DNA of 64,000 bases from an uncultured Bacteroidota bacterium (GCA_902627575.1 CACOJQ010000002.1:6057-70056); one strand, 5' to 3'; positions 29,896 through 40,850 are shown, counted from the first letter of the stretch. The notes: generated by a model from the sequence alone, not told the origin. Made by a program: numbers and translations.

Positions 29896-31320
29896 ATGGG
29901 AAGAAGAAACAAAAAACCTATGCTGTTAAAACAAATTTTAATAACAGATATTGCATTTAAAGGCAAATCAGTAGCCAGGCATGATGGTAAGGTGATTTTT
30001 GTGCATAAAGGTGTACCAGGAGATATATGTGATATTTTAGTATTTAAAAAAAAACGCAAATACTGGGAAGCAAAAATAGAAAAGACTATAAGTTATTCAA
30101 AAAAAAGAATCAAACCAAAATGCGAACACTTTGGCACATGTGGTGGATGCAAATGGCAAAATATGAATTACCAATCTCAGCTAGAATTTAAAGAAAAAGA
30201 GATTCTTAATAATTTAATTAAGATAGGAGGAGTTAGTTTAAAGAAAATTAATACCATTATTGGAAGTGAAGATCAATACTATTACAGAAATAAAATGGAA
30301 TTTACATTTTCTAATAAAAGATGGCTGAATTCAGCTGAAATAAAATCAAAAAAAGAAATAAAAAATAAAAATAGTTTAGGATTTCATATTCCAGGAATGT
30401 TTGACAAAGTATTAGATATAAAAAATTGTCATCTACAAAAAGAGCCTTCCAATTCAATTAGATTATCCGTAAAAAAATTTGCTGAAAAACATAATTTAAC
30501 TTTTTTTGATTTAAAAGAACAAAAAGGTCTTCTTAGAAATTTACTAGTTAGAATATCCTCAACTAATGAGCTTATGGTTCTTGTACAATTTTTTGAAAAT
30601 AATCCAAAACAAATTAAATTTCTTCTTGAACACATTAAAAACTCGTTTTCAAGTGTTACATCTCTATTATATACTATCAATCAAAAAGCAAATAATACTA
30701 TCTATGATCAAAAGATTATATGTTATCATGGCAAGGACCATATAACTGAAAAAATTGATGAGCTAGAATTTAAAATAGGGGCTAAAACATTTTTTCAAAC
30801 AAACATCAAACAAACAAAAATTTTGTACCAGAAAACAAAAGAATTAGCCAAAATTAAAAAGTCAGATGTTGTATATGACTTATATACTGGAACTGGAACA
30901 ATAGCCCAATACATAGCTAAAGATGTAAAAAAAGTTATTGGTATTGATTCAGTAAAAGAAGGAATAGTTGCAGCAAAAGAAAATACCAAAAAAAATAATA
31001 TAAAAAACTGCTCTTTCTTTACTGGAGACATGAAAGAAATATTTTCTGAAGATTTTATAAAAGCAAATGATAGTCCTGATGTGATAATTACAGATCCTCC
31101 AAGAGACGGAATGCACAAAAAAGTAGTTCAACAGATACTAAAAATCCAACCTAAAAGGATAGTTTATGTGAGTTGCAATTCGGCAACACAATCAAGAGAC
31201 CTATCAATACTTAAAGAACAATATGCAGTTAAAAATATTCAACCTGTTGATATGTTTCCACAAACTCATCACGTGGAAAACATACTGGTTTTAGAACATT
31301 TTACAAAAAATTTACAATGA
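29896..31320 (+). CDS. rlmD: 23S rRNA (uracil-5-)-methyltransferase RlmD/RumA family
   Basis: TRAM domain, Fe-S cysteines [16 protein letters not shown] motif [14 protein letters not shown], catalytic VSCN. Confidence 0.9.
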   Translation: MGRRNKKPMLLKQILITDIAFKGKSVARHDGKVIFVHKGVPGDICDILVFKKKRKYWEAKIEKTISYSKKRIKPKCEHFGTCGGCKWQNMNYQSQLEFKEKEILNNLIKIGGVSLKKINTIIGSEDQYYYRNKMEFTFSNKRWLNSAEIKSKKEIKNKNSLGFHIPGMFDKVLDIKNCHLQKEPSNSIRLSVKKFAEKHNLTFFDLKEQKGLLRNLLVRISSTNELMVLVQFFENNPKQIKFLLEHIKNSFSSVTSLLYTINQKANNTIYDQKIICYHGKDHITEKIDELEFKIGAKTFFQTNIKQTKILYQKTKELAKIKKSDVVYDLYTGTGTIAQYIAKDVKKVIGIDSVKEGIVAAKENTKKNNIKNCSFFTGDMKEIFSEDFIKANDSPDVIITDPPRDGMHKKVVQQILKIQPKRIVYVSCNSATQSRDLSILKEQYAVKNIQPVDMFPQTHHVENILVLEHFTKNLQ

Positions 31321-31436
31321 AAAATATTTGGGAAAAACTAAAAGAGCTATATGAAATAAATCCTACTTTATTTGGATTACTTTTGTTTATAGATTTAGCA
31401 ATTTTATTTTATATAACGACATTACTTTTTAAATAA
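31317..31436 (+). CDS. possible 39-aa single-pass membrane peptide (not in the ORF track)
   Basis: Its ATG overlaps the rlmD TGA (ATGA). It reads [39 protein letters not shown]. The 3' end overlaps the convergent coaE by 8 nt. No homology was recognised. Confidence 0.25.
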   Translation: MKNIWEKLKELYEINPTLFGLLLFIDLAILFYITTLLFK

Positions 31437-32031
31437 TCGTAGATTTAATGTGATTAATAATTCCGATAATTTGCGGTAAAATTAGTTCAGATTCGTTATT
31501 ATTAATTAAATAGTCTGATTTTTTTACTTTTTCTTGTTGACTAATTTGTGAACTAATTATTGATTGAACATGATTCTTGTCTACATTATCTCTTTTCATT
31601 ACTCTATCAATTCTAATGAATTTGGACGCAACAACACAAATAACTTTATCGCATTTTCTATCAGAATTACTTTCAAATAAAATAGCTGACTCTTTTAAAA
31701 GTATTGGGGATTGACTATTTAAACACCACTGATTAAATCTTTTAAATACATAAGGATGTACCAGACTGTTCAATAAAATTAATTTTTTTTCATTATTGAA
31801 AATAAGTTTAGACAAAAGTTTTTTTTGAAGTTGATTATCTTTGTAAATCTCATCACCAAATGCTCTTTTAATTTTATTTTTCAAATCTAAAGATTGATGC
31901 ATTATTTTTTTTGCTTCATAATCAGCGTTAAAAACAGGAATACCTAACCTTTTAAAAATATTAGCAACAAATGTCTTTCCTGACCCTATCCCTCCTGTTA
32001 AACCTATTATTTTATATTTTAAGCTTTGCAT
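31429..32031 (-). CDS. coaE: dephospho-CoA kinase
   Basis: P-loop GLTGGIGSGKT and the typical ~200-aa length. Confidence 0.9.
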   Translation of the reverse strand: MQSLKYKIIGLTGGIGSGKTFVANIFKRLGIPVFNADYEAKKIMHQSLDLKNKIKRAFGDEIYKDNQLQKKLLSKLIFNNEKKLILLNSLVHPYVFKRFNQWCLNSQSPILLKESAILFESNSDRKCDKVICVVASKFIRIDRVMKRDNVDKNHVQSIISSQISQQEKVKKSDYLINNNESELILPQIIGIINHIKSTII

Positions 32032-33155
32032 AATTCGTAATAGATATTTAAATACATAGGTAAAATTTCTTGTAAATCAAATTTAGAAGCCCTTTCATAA
32101 GCATTTAGTTTAAATTTTTCTAAAAGCACTGGTTTTTTTAATAACAAAATTATATCATTTGTCATCTTTTCAATATCACCTACTTTTGACAAGAAACCTG
32201 TGGTTTTATCAATATTTAGTTCAGAAATACCACCAATATTTGTTGATACTATAGCATTTTTACTAGCCATAGCCTCTAAAGCAACTAATCCAAAACTTTC
32301 AGATTCGGATGGTAAAACAAAAATATCAGAACAAGCTAAAATTTTGTGTGTAATATTTATCTTTCCTAAAAAGCGTATTTTGTCTTCAATTCCTAAATCT
32401 CTAGCAAGATTTTCAGCTCTAATTCTATCGGGGCCATCTCCTATCATCAATAGTTTTGATGGAATTTTTGAATTTACCCTTTTAAAAATTTTAACAACAT
32501 CACATACTCGCTTTACTTTTCTAAAATTAGAAATATGTGTTAAAAGATATTCATCATTTTTAACAAATGTTTTTTTTAAATTGACATCGTAATTATTTTT
32601 ATATATATCAATGTCTATAAAATTAGAAATTGTATTTATTTCCTTAGTTATATTAAAATTCTTTAGTGTATCCTTTTTTAAACTTTCTGATACTACAGTT
32701 ATAGCATCAGATTTATTAATAGCATATTCAATTACAGGTTTAAAAGACTTATCTTTCCCTAGTAAAGTAATATCTGTCCCATGTAAAGTAGTAACAATGG
32801 GAATCTTGATACCATAAGAAAGTAAAATTTGTTGTGCGTTTACAGCAGCTGAAGCATGTGGTATGGCGTAATGAACATGTAAAAGATTTAATTTCTCATG
32901 AATAGCAACATCAACAAGCTTAGATGTTAAATTAAGTTCATAAGGAGCATATTCAAATAATGGATAGTCAGGAACTAATACTTCATGATAATGTATATTT
33001 TCAGAAAATATATCCAAACGAAAGGGTTGGTCATAAGATATAAAATGAACCTCATGACCTTTTTTTGCTAGTGCAATACCAAGTTCAGTTGCAATAACAC
33101 CACTTCCTCCATAAGTTGGATAACAGACAACTCCTATTTTTAAATTTTCGTTCAT
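32019..33155 (-). CDS. bshA: N-acetyl-alpha-D-glucosaminyl L-malate synthase (GT4; bacillithiol biosynthesis)
   Basis: The N-terminus LKIGVVCYPTYGGSGVIATELGIALAKKGHEVHFI is closely collinear with Bacillus BshA. GT4 C-terminal motif PSESESFGLVALEAMA. Confidence 0.85.
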   Translation of the reverse strand: MNENLKIGVVCYPTYGGSGVIATELGIALAKKGHEVHFISYDQPFRLDIFSENIHYHEVLVPDYPLFEYAPYELNLTSKLVDVAIHEKLNLLHVHYAIPHASAAVNAQQILLSYGIKIPIVTTLHGTDITLLGKDKSFKPVIEYAINKSDAITVVSESLKKDTLKNFNITKEINTISNFIDIDIYKNNYDVNLKKTFVKNDEYLLTHISNFRKVKRVCDVVKIFKRVNSKIPSKLLMIGDGPDRIRAENLARDLGIEDKIRFLGKINITHKILACSDIFVLPSESESFGLVALEAMASKNAIVSTNIGGISELNIDKTTGFLSKVGDIEKMTNDIILLLKKPVLLEKFKLNAYERASKFDLQEILPMYLNIYYELCKA

Positions 33156-36082
33156 ATACTATCGTAAATTACTTTCATTATCTCGGTTCTAATATTCATT
33201 TTAATGAGTTTTTTATTCTCGGCGTCCGGATGAATTCTGTTAGAAAGAAAAACATAAATTATATTGGTGCTGGGGTCAGCCCAAACTAAAGTACCTGTAA
33301 AACCACTATGCCCAAAACTGTTTTTTGAAATTCCCTTACAAGTTGGACCTGCTAATTTATCATCTAAAACTGGCTTGTCAAAACCAGCACCTCTTCTATT
33401 ATCATCTTCGGGAAACTGGCACTTAGTAAATTCTTTGAGTGTTTTTTTAGAAATATACTTTTGGTTAGCATATTCTCCATCTTGAAGATACATTTGCATA
33501 ATTTTAGCTAAATCATTTGAATTTGCAAAAATACCGGCATGCCCACCAACACCACCCTGCATAGCTGCCCCTTGATCATGGACATAGCCTTTTAATAATT
33601 GACTTCTAAAAACAAAATCCAATTCTGTTGGTATAATTCTTGAAGAATTAATTCGTTCTAAAGGGTTATATCCTAGACTTTGCATCCCAATACTTTTATA
33701 AAATTTACTTTCGAGTATTTTATCCAAACTTAATTGATAATAATCCTCAATAATTTTTTTAAAAAAGTAATAACCTAAGTCAGAATATTTGTATTTACTC
33801 TTATTCAATAAATCAGACTGAACAATTTGATCTATAATTGAATCAGGATAGTTTTTATGTAAAAAAAGATTATTTGCGACATGATGTGTATAAGTTGTGT
33901 CTTTAATTTCACTGTATAATGTGTCTCTTAATGTAAATAGACCAGTAGAATCTGAGTTTAAAGTTTCTGCATAAAAAGGTATCCATGGCTTTAATCCAGA
34001 CTGATGAGCTAAAATATCTCTGAGAACTAATGTATCTTTATTTGTAGAATCTAATTCTAAATAATCACCCAATGTCTTTTCTAAATCTAAATATCCACTA
34101 TCAACCATTTTCATAAGTAATGGTAGTGTAGCAACGATCTTTGTAATAGAAGCAACATCATAAACATCAGTTGTCAAGACATGATTTTTTTTTTGGTAGG
34201 TGTGATAACCATATGCTTTGTTAAAGAAAACATTACCGTCTTTAACGATTAAAACTTGACATCCTGGCGTCGCTTTTTCAGAAATTGCACTTTCAACAAT
34301 ACTGTCAATTTTATATAAATTTTCAGATTTAAAGTTTATTTCTTCTGGAATAACATAACGCATTCTTATAGGATATGTTTTAATTCCTTGATTTAAATTA
34401 AAGTGTTTAGTTGACACAGGTATTTTACCTTTAAATGCAAAACCTCCAAAAATAGCTTGGGCTGTTTTATCTTGAGCAATCTCACTATTTTGGTATGATA
34501 AAACTAATGCATCAAAATTATTAGTGATGAAAAGAGAATTTAAACTGTATGGGTTAGCAAAAATTGTAAGAATAACCTTTGACTGCATAGCTACAGATTG
34601 CAAAAAAACATCAGTATTTCTATTAATTTTATATGACTTCCAGGGGTTTGAATTTGATTTATGTACACTAGCTATAACAAGATTGAATTCAGATAATTTA
34701 TTTAATAAAAGTGCTTGTTCTTTTGAACTTGCATTATCAGAAATTGTAAAATGAGTAACTTTGGTATACTTTGATAGGACCTGTTGAAATACAGATGTGT
34801 TTTCTCCAATACAAACTGAAGCAATGTTCAATGTATCTAAATTTTGCAATGGTAATAAGTCATCATAATTCTGCAATAAAGTTAAAGAAGACTGAACTAA
34901 TTTTCTATTTATAACTTCAGTGTTATTTGTAATGATCTTCTGACTTATTCTCTCAAGATCAACTGGCTCATATTTATCTAAACCCATCCACTTTTTTGCC
35001 ATTAGCACTTTTTTACACCTTGCATTTATTTCATCTTGAGATATTTTTTTTTGTTTTATAGCTAGCTTTATATTCTCTATTGCTTTTGGCACGTCTTCAG
35101 CAAATAACAAAACATCATTACCCGCAAGCAGTGCCATAACATCTACTTCACCAGGCTTGTAAAATTGACTAACTCCCTTCATATTTAAAGCATCAGTAAT
35201 GGCAAGACCTTTAAAACCCATTTCATTTTTTAACAAACCTTCAACTACCTTTTTGGACAATGAAACTGCTAAATCTTTTGTGTTATCTAATGATGGTATA
35301 TGTAAGTGAGCAGTCATAATTGATCCTAGTCCACTATCAATTAACATTTTATAAGGTAGTAATTCAACATTCTCTAGTTCTGTTTTATTCTTCTCTACTA
35401 CAGGTAGTGTTTTATGCGAATCATCATCTGTATCTCCATGACCAGGGAAATGCTTAGCACATGCTAAAACATTGTTATCCTGCATTCCCCTCATATATAA
35501 TGTTGACAACTCTCCAACTTTGACAGGGTTCTCACCAAAAGATCGATTGTTGATAATTGGATTATTAGGATTAGAATTCACGTCTACTACAGGAGCAAAG
35601 TTTATATGTATACCAAGTAACTTACATTGACGTGCTATTTCTACACCCATTTCATAAATTAAACTTTTGTCGCTAGTAGCGCCTAATGTCATTTGCCATG
35701 GAAAACGTAAACATGAATCTAGTCTCATTGCAACACCCCACTCTGCATCAATAGCAATCATTAGTGGTGTTTTAGAAATAGATTGATAATAATTTGTAAG
35801 TTTAGCTTGTCTAACAGGCCCTCCTTGCAAAAACATTAATCCCCCTATTTTATATTTCTTAATTAATTCTGACACATACGTCTTATGATTATCGTCTTTA
35901 TTAGAATAAGCAGCGACCATTAATAACTGTGCTATCTTTTCCTCATCACTCAACTCAGACAATATACTATCTGCCCAATGAGTATCTTCTGATAAAAAAA
36001 CCGTACTTTTTTGAGCATAGACAAGCTGATATTTACTTAAAAAAAGTACAAAAAAAATAAAAACGTATGCAAAACATCTCAT
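33152..36082 (-). CDS. secreted bifunctional protein: GH3 beta-N-acetylhexosaminidase-like domain plus serine beta-lactamase/transpeptidase-like domain
   Basis: Signal peptide, GH3 motifs KHFPGHGDT and AITDAL, later the SxxK motif VASITKIV and HSGFTG. Confidence 0.85.
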   Translation of the reverse strand: MRCFAYVFIFFVLFLSKYQLVYAQKSTVFLSEDTHWADSILSELSDEEKIAQLLMVAAYSNKDDNHKTYVSELIKKYKIGGLMFLQGGPVRQAKLTNYYQSISKTPLMIAIDAEWGVAMRLDSCLRFPWQMTLGATSDKSLIYEMGVEIARQCKLLGIHINFAPVVDVNSNPNNPIINNRSFGENPVKVGELSTLYMRGMQDNNVLACAKHFPGHGDTDDDSHKTLPVVEKNKTELENVELLPYKMLIDSGLGSIMTAHLHIPSLDNTKDLAVSLSKKVVEGLLKNEMGFKGLAITDALNMKGVSQFYKPGEVDVMALLAGNDVLLFAEDVPKAIENIKLAIKQKKISQDEINARCKKVLMAKKWMGLDKYEPVDLERISQKIITNNTEVINRKLVQSSLTLLQNYDDLLPLQNLDTLNIASVCIGENTSVFQQVLSKYTKVTHFTISDNASSKEQALLLNKLSEFNLVIASVHKSNSNPWKSYKINRNTDVFLQSVAMQSKVILTIFANPYSLNSLFITNNFDALVLSYQNSEIAQDKTAQAIFGGFAFKGKIPVSTKHFNLNQGIKTYPIRMRYVIPEEINFKSENLYKIDSIVESAISEKATPGCQVLIVKDGNVFFNKAYGYHTYQKKNHVLTTDVYDVASITKIVATLPLLMKMVDSGYLDLEKTLGDYLELDSTNKDTLVLRDILAHQSGLKPWIPFYAETLNSDSTGLFTLRDTLYSEIKDTTYTHHVANNLFLHKNYPDSIIDQIVQSDLLNKSKYKYSDLGYYFFKKIIEDYYQLSLDKILESKFYKSIGMQSLGYNPLERINSSRIIPTELDFVFRSQLLKGYVHDQGAAMQGGVGGHAGIFANSNDLAKIMQMYLQDGEYANQKYISKKTLKEFTKCQFPEDDNRRGAGFDKPVLDDKLAGPTCKGISKNSFGHSGFTGTLVWADPSTNIIYVFLSNRIHPDAENKKLIKMNIRTEIMKVIYDSI

Positions 36083-36178
36083 AGCTGTAAATGTACATAA
36101 TGATATTTAAATTAGATTATAAATTAACAAAACTAAAATGATTACTTTTCAACTAAAATATTTAATATTTTTGCAAAT

Positions 36179-36415
36179 ATGAAAGCACCTCAAATACCAT
36201 CTTTTTTTAAGTCTAGCACTGCTAAAAAATTTAATTTTCAGCCTAGATATTATAACGAAACAAAAGAAAGGATTGAAAATTTAAAAAATAAAGAAAATAT
36301 AAATATAAAGTTTAAGAGAAAAAAGCACAAAAAAAATAAATTCAACCGATTAATTAGAATAATCATTTTAGTTGTATTTTTATACATGATTGCTTATAAC
36401 TATTTAATAAATTAA
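36179..36415 (+). CDS. small basic tail-anchored membrane protein, unknown function
   Basis: 78 aa, Lys-rich, with a single C-terminal TM helix (LIRIIILVVFLYMIAYNYL). Sits directly upstream of mutL. Confidence 0.5.
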   Translation: MKAPQIPSFFKSSTAKKFNFQPRYYNETKERIENLKNKENINIKFKRKKHKKNKFNRLIRIIILVVFLYMIAYNYLIN

Positions 36416-36420
36416 CGAAG

Positions 36421-38169
36421 GTGGATATAATTAAAATTCTTCCAAAACATGTCTCAAATCAAATAGCTGCAGGCGAAGTAATTCAAAGACCTGCATCAGC
36501 TGTTAAAGAGATGCTAGAAAATTCACTTGATGCTGGATGTACAGAAATTAAACTCTTAATAAAAAATGCTGGTAAAAAATTAATTCAAGTGGTAGATAAT
36601 GGTTGTGGAATGAGTAAATCAGATGCTAGAAAATGTTTTATAAGACATGCAACTTCAAAAATAGAAAATGCTGAAGATTTATTTAATATTACCTCAATGG
36701 GCTTTAGAGGTGAGGCGATGTCTTCTATTGCCGCAATTTCTCAAGTAGAAATAAATACTAAACTAACAGATCAGCAAACTGGAACGTACTTAAGAATTGA
36801 AGGAGGAAAAATTGAGGAAGTAAAAGAATCAAGTACTACTGACGGTACTTCAATTAAAGTTAAAAATATTTTTTATAATGTTCCAGCAAGAAGAAACTTT
36901 CTTAAGTCTGATAATGTAGAAATGCGTCATATTACAGAAGAATTTACAAGAATTGCACTTGCAAATCCAAATATTAAAATGCAATTAGTCAATGATAATA
37001 AAGAACTTTATCATTTACCTATATCTAATTTTAAAAAAAGAATTATCAATCTTTTTGGAAATAAAAAAAATGAATCACTTGTTCCAATTTCAGAAAAAAC
37101 TAGTATTATAGAATTGAACGGGTTTATAGGAAAGCCTGAGACTGCAAAAAAAACAAGAGGTGAGCAATATTTTTTTGTTAATGGAAGATTTATAAAAAAT
37201 CATTATTTACAACATGCTGTATTTAAAGCATTTGAAGATTTAATCCCAACTAAATATTTTCCTTCTCAATTTATTAATTTAAAAATTGATCCAAAGTTAA
37301 TAGACATTAATATTCATCCAACCAAGCATGAAATAAAATTTGAAGATGAGAAAGCAATATATTCAATAATTAAATCAAGCATAAAAAGATCACTTGGAAT
37401 GTATAATATTGTTCCCTCATTGGACTTTTCTCAAGAAAATGCATTTGAATTAGATTTTAAAAACATTGAAAATACAAACTTCAAACAACCAACAATTAAA
37501 ATAGATAAAAATTATAATCCATTTAATCATAAAAAAATAGATAGTGATAGTAGTACTAAAAATAATTTAGATCTTAAAGATAACACACTATTTGATAGTG
37601 ATATTTTAGATAATAATATAAGTATACCATTTCAAATCAGTAATCAATTTATAGCTATATCATATAAAAATGGTATTAAAATTATACATCAAAGAAGAGC
37701 GCACAAACGTATTTTATTTGAGTACTATACTAACTCACTCAAAAAAGGAAATGGAAAATCACAACACTTATTGTTTCCCAAAAGCATAGAATTAAGTCTG
37801 AAAGAAATAAACTTAATTGAAAATTTAAAAAAAGATCTAAATAGCCTTGGATTTATTTTTAAATTGAAAAATCAAAATATGGAAATATATGCTGTTCCAA
37901 CTGAATGTAGAGAAGAAAATATCAAAGAAATAATTGAAGACATATTAAATCAAGCTCAAAGTAATCTAGAGATTGAAGTAAATCAGACAAAAAAAATAGC
38001 AAAATCTCTTGCAAAATCTCTTGCAATTAGTAATTCTAAAATGCTTAAAACAGAAGAAATGAGCTCATTGTATAATGAGTTATTAAAATGTAAAGTATCA
38101 AATTTATGCCCTAATGGAAAATCAATTATAAAAAATTTTAAAATTGATGATTTAAAAAAATATTTTTAA
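36421..38169 (+). CDS. mutL: DNA mismatch repair protein MutL
   Basis: GTG start. GHKL ATPase motifs (IAAGEVIQRPASAVKEMLENSLDA, DNGCGM, GFRGEAM) and a C-terminal dimerisation domain. Confidence 0.95.
   Translation: MDIIKILPKHVSNQIAAGEVIQRPASAVKEMLENSLDAGCTEIKLLIKNAGKKLIQVVDNGCGMSKSDARKCFIRHATSKIENAEDLFNITSMGFRGEAMSSIAAISQVEINTKLTDQQTGTYLRIEGGKIEEVKESSTTDGTSIKVKNIFYNVPARRNFLKSDNVEMRHITEEFTRIALANPNIKMQLVNDNKELYHLPISNFKKRIINLFGNKKNESLVPISEKTSIIELNGFIGKPETAKKTRGEQYFFVNGRFIKNHYLQHAVFKAFEDLIPTKYFPSQFINLKIDPKLIDINIHPTKHEIKFEDEKAIYSIIKSSIKRSLGMYNIVPSLDFSQENAFELDFKNIENTNFKQPTIKIDKNYNPFNHKKIDSDSSTKNNLDLKDNTLFDSDILDNNISIPFQISNQFIAISYKNGIKIIHQRRAHKRILFEYYTNSLKKGNGKSQHLLFPKSIELSLKEINLIENLKKDLNSLGFIFKLKNQNMEIYAVPTECREENIKEIIEDILNQAQSNLEIEVNQTKKIAKSLAKSLAISNSKMLKTEEMSSLYNELLKCKVSNLCPNGKSIIKNFKIDDLKKYF
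37999..38022. repeat. perfect 12-bp tandem duplication inside mutL
   Basis: GCAAAATCTCTT occurs twice back to back (37999-38010 and 38011-38022), in frame, giving AKSLAKSLA. Confidence 0.9.
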
Positions 38170-38170
38170 A

Positions 38171-38917
38171 ATGAATATATCGTCTTTCAGAGAATTACCG
38201 GATGTAATAAAAAATATACTTATTATTAACTGCTTATTCTATTTAGCTACCATTACATTAGAAAGTCAAGGAATCAACTTAACAAAAATTTTGGGCCTAC
38301 ATCAATTTCAATCACCTAATTTCAGGCCTCACCAACTTATTACACACATGTTTATGCACGGAAGTTTTGCGCACTTATTCTGGAATATGTTTGCTGTTTG
38401 GATGTTTGGTAAAGTTTTGGAAAATGTTTGGGGAGGTAAACGATTTCTAAAGTTTTACATTATTACTGGCCTTGGAGCAGCTTTAATTTACATGGGATAT
38501 ATTCAATTTCAAATTAATGTTTTTTCTAAAAATATAGATCCCTCACTGCTTCAAGAGTTACTGTATGTAGTTAAAAATCAAGGAGCAGATATCATTAGCC
38601 AAGGTCAAAATTATGATAATCGAATCTTAGGTAAAATGAATGGACTAATAAATGCTCCAATGGTAGGTGCATCTGGAGCATTATTTGGAATTCTTTTGGC
38701 TTTTGGTTTACTATTTCCAAACACCTTATTATACATATATTTCGCTATACCAATAAAAGCCAAATATTTTGTTATGATATACGGTGCTATGGAATTATTT
38801 CTCGGATTAAGAAATCACCCCTCAGATAATATTGCTCATTTTGCCCATTTGGGAGGAATGATTGCTGGTTTTATTATTCTTAAGTACTGGAAACAGGATA
38901 GAAATACTTTTTATTAA
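38171..38917 (+). CDS. rhomboid family intramembrane serine protease
   Basis: HMFMHGSFAHLFWNM, catalytic GASGALFG, and His in AHLGGMIAG. Confidence 0.85.
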   Translation: MNISSFRELPDVIKNILIINCLFYLATITLESQGINLTKILGLHQFQSPNFRPHQLITHMFMHGSFAHLFWNMFAVWMFGKVLENVWGGKRFLKFYIITGLGAALIYMGYIQFQINVFSKNIDPSLLQELLYVVKNQGADIISQGQNYDNRILGKMNGLINAPMVGASGALFGILLAFGLLFPNTLLYIYFAIPIKAKYFVMIYGAMELFLGLRNHPSDNIAHFAHLGGMIAGFIILKYWKQDRNTFY

Positions 38918-38918
38918 A

Positions 38919-39797
38919 ATGAGTAGTATACTAAAACAAATAAAAAATAAATTTAAAAAAGCGTCAATTATTAATAAATTGATTTATGCTAATGTAGCTA
39001 TTTTTATATTTTTTAGTCTGATTGATGTTATTTCATACCTTATTAATGCTAATGTAAATAATTTTACAAACAAATTTGAACTACCTTCTAACACTGATAT
39101 ATTTGTTAAACAGCCCTGGGCAATAATTACATATATGTTTTTTCATAATAGTATTTTACATTTATTATTTAATATGATTTGGCTTCATTTTGGAGGTAAA
39201 ATTCTTATTAATTACATAAATGCAAAACAATTCTTAAGTTCTTATTTAATTGGCGGTATATGTGGTGGTATTCTATTTATTTTATCTTATAATTTTATAC
39301 CAGCTTTTAGTGAAATTTATTTATCTTCTTTTGCTTTAGGGGCATCAGCTTCAGTATTTGCAATTATGATTGCTGCAGCTACATATAGTCCAAATTTAGT
39401 AATACAGCTACCATTATTTGGAAGAATTAAACTTAAACATATTGCCATATTTATGATCACCTTAGATATAATAAGCATACCTAAAGGAAATGCTGGAGGT
39501 CATATAGCACATATTGGAGGAGCAATTTTTGGTTTCTTTTATATAAATCAATTAAAAAGAGGAAAAGACTACTCAATAACATTCACTAAAATTATAGACA
39601 TAATAATTAATACCTTTAACAAAAAACCAAAGTTTAAGAAGGTACATAAAAGACCAAAAACTGATTATGAATTTAATGAAGAGAAAGCTAATCAAAAACA
39701 AGAAATTAATAAAATCTTAGAAAAAATATCAAAATCCGGATATGAGAGTTTAAGTCAGAAAGAGAAAGATATACTTTTTAGTGCAAGTAAAAAATAA
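38919..39797 (+). CDS. rhomboid family protein (second paralogue) with a Lys-rich C-terminal tail
   Basis: MFFHNSILHLLFNM, GASASVFA, AHIGGAIFG. ATG at 38919 preferred over the ORF-track start at 38862. Confidence 0.8.
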   Translation: MSSILKQIKNKFKKASIINKLIYANVAIFIFFSLIDVISYLINANVNNFTNKFELPSNTDIFVKQPWAIITYMFFHNSILHLLFNMIWLHFGGKILINYINAKQFLSSYLIGGICGGILFILSYNFIPAFSEIYLSSFALGASASVFAIMIAAATYSPNLVIQLPLFGRIKLKHIAIFMITLDIISIPKGNAGGHIAHIGGAIFGFFYINQLKRGKDYSITFTKIIDIIINTFNKKPKFKKVHKRPKTDYEFNEEKANQKQEINKILEKISKSGYESLSQKEKDILFSASKK

Positions 39798-40850
39798 ATG
39801 AAAAAATTATCTTTTTTAAACAAGATTTTATTTGTTATAAATTTTATTTTTTTATTGCTATTACTATTATCATATACAGCTCCAGATATTAGTCCATCTT
39901 TATTTTGGCCTACTGCATTTTTAGGTCTTTTATTTCCCATATTATTTCTGATTAATTTATTTTTTTTGATTTTGTGGTTATTTAAACTCAAGAAATTAAT
40001 TTGGCCTAATATAATTGTATTGGCAATAGGACTAGCTTTTGTAGATTCATATATTGGATTTTCATATCAAAAAAAAGATTTAAATTACGACTTAAAAATT
40101 ATGAGCTATAATGTTCGTTTATTTAATAAAAACCAAAATATAGCTGAACCAATGATTAAAGAAAAAATCATTGATTTAATAATCAAACAAGATCCTGACA
40201 TAATTTGTTTTCAAGAATTTTACAACAATGATATTTCAAAACTTAATAAAAATTATTTTTATAAAAACCATACAGAAAAGAACTCGTTACTTTTAATATA
40301 CAGCAAGTATCCAATAATAGAAAAAACAAATAATAAATCAGTACTGGAAAATACTGAAAACATGAAAAATACATTTATATTTTCAGATATTAAAATTAAT
40401 ACAGACACAGTGAGAATTTACAATATACACCTTGCCAGTAATTGGTTCAATGAATCTGAATATGAATTTATGCAAAATCCAAGTAAAGAAAAACTAAAAG
40501 CTGGTACAATAAGCATAATTAAAAGAATGAAAAAAAGTTATCTAAAGAGATCTATGCAAGTAGAAATAATCAAAAATCATATTAATGAGAGTCCTTACCC
40601 AGTTATTGTTTGTGGGGACTTTAATGACACACCTTTATCATATGCATATAATCATATTAAAGGTGAACTAAAAGACGCATTCAATTCTTCGGGAAAAGGT
40701 ATTGGTTCTACAATTACAAAAATGCCTGCACTAAGAATTGACTATATATTGCATGACAAAAATATTCAAAGCATTAATTATAAAAAAATCAACAGAAAAC
40801 TATCAGATCATTTCGCCATTTCTTGCGAATTAAAAATAAATAGACGATAA
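39798..40850 (+). CDS. membrane-anchored endonuclease/exonuclease/phosphatase (EEP) family protein
   Basis: N-terminal TM helices, then MSYNVR, CFQE, GDFND, SDHFAI motifs. Confidence 0.8.
   Translation: MKKLSFLNKILFVINFIFLLLLLLSYTAPDISPSLFWPTAFLGLLFPILFLINLFFLILWLFKLKKLIWPNIIVLAIGLAFVDSYIGFSYQKKDLNYDLKIMSYNVRLFNKNQNIAEPMIKEKIIDLIIKQDPDIICFQEFYNNDISKLNKNYFYKNHTEKNSLLLIYSKYPIIEKTNNKSVLENTENMKNTFIFSDIKINTDTVRIYNIHLASNWFNESEYEFMQNPSKEKLKAGTISIIKRMKKSYLKRSMQVEIIKNHINESPYPVIVCGDFNDTPLSYAYNHIKGELKDAFNSSGKGIGSTITKMPALRIDYILHDKNIQSINYKKINRKLSDHFAISCELKINRR

Noticed and set aside
30429-31131. Three minus-strand ORFs (83, 107 and 60 aa) inside rlmD
   Set aside because: All are embedded antisense in a conserved methyltransferase gene, with a composition typical of shadow frames. 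The same reasoning applies to the other short antisense or out-of-frame track ORFs: 258-482, 4154-4588, 5922-6167, 6996-7256, 7872-8057, 10747-11433, 12032-12232, 13732-13932, 15124-15372, 15793-15993, 20074-20340, 21135-21430, 33264-33485, 34524-34754, 39755-39991, 44856-45083, 49965-50168, 51905-52105, 52834-53652, 58346-58546, 60612-60900, 61677-61922 and 62536-62769.
31269-31282. parS-like sequence TCACGTGGAAAACA
   Set aside because: It shares only the CACGTG core with the TGTTTCACGTGAAACA consensus. The arms do not match, and it lies inside rlmD far from parAB. No convincing parS was seen near parAB either.
32200-32817. 130-aa and 68-aa ORFs antisense to bshA
   Set aside because: Shadow ORFs opposite a well-supported GT4 gene, with no recognisable motifs.
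36166-36173. TATTTTTG -7-like box upstream of the 78-aa ORF
   Set aside because: It sits only 5 nt from the ATG. That does not fit the 18-31 nt spacing seen for the other candidates, and it is not distinguishable from chance in this AT-rich spacer.
38862-38918. N-terminal extensions suggested by the ORF track
   Set aside because: The regions are 38862-38918 for rhomboid 2, 17300-17365 for the thioesterase, 8651-8677 for folD, 3048-3077 for comA, 21764-21814 for the FtsB-like gene, 41147-41167 for yajC, 57853-57879 for recA and 2988-3005 for glmM. These extensions overlap neighbouring genes or add non-conserved hydrophobic residues. Internal ATG codons coincide with where family conservation begins. 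The exact starts remain uncertain.
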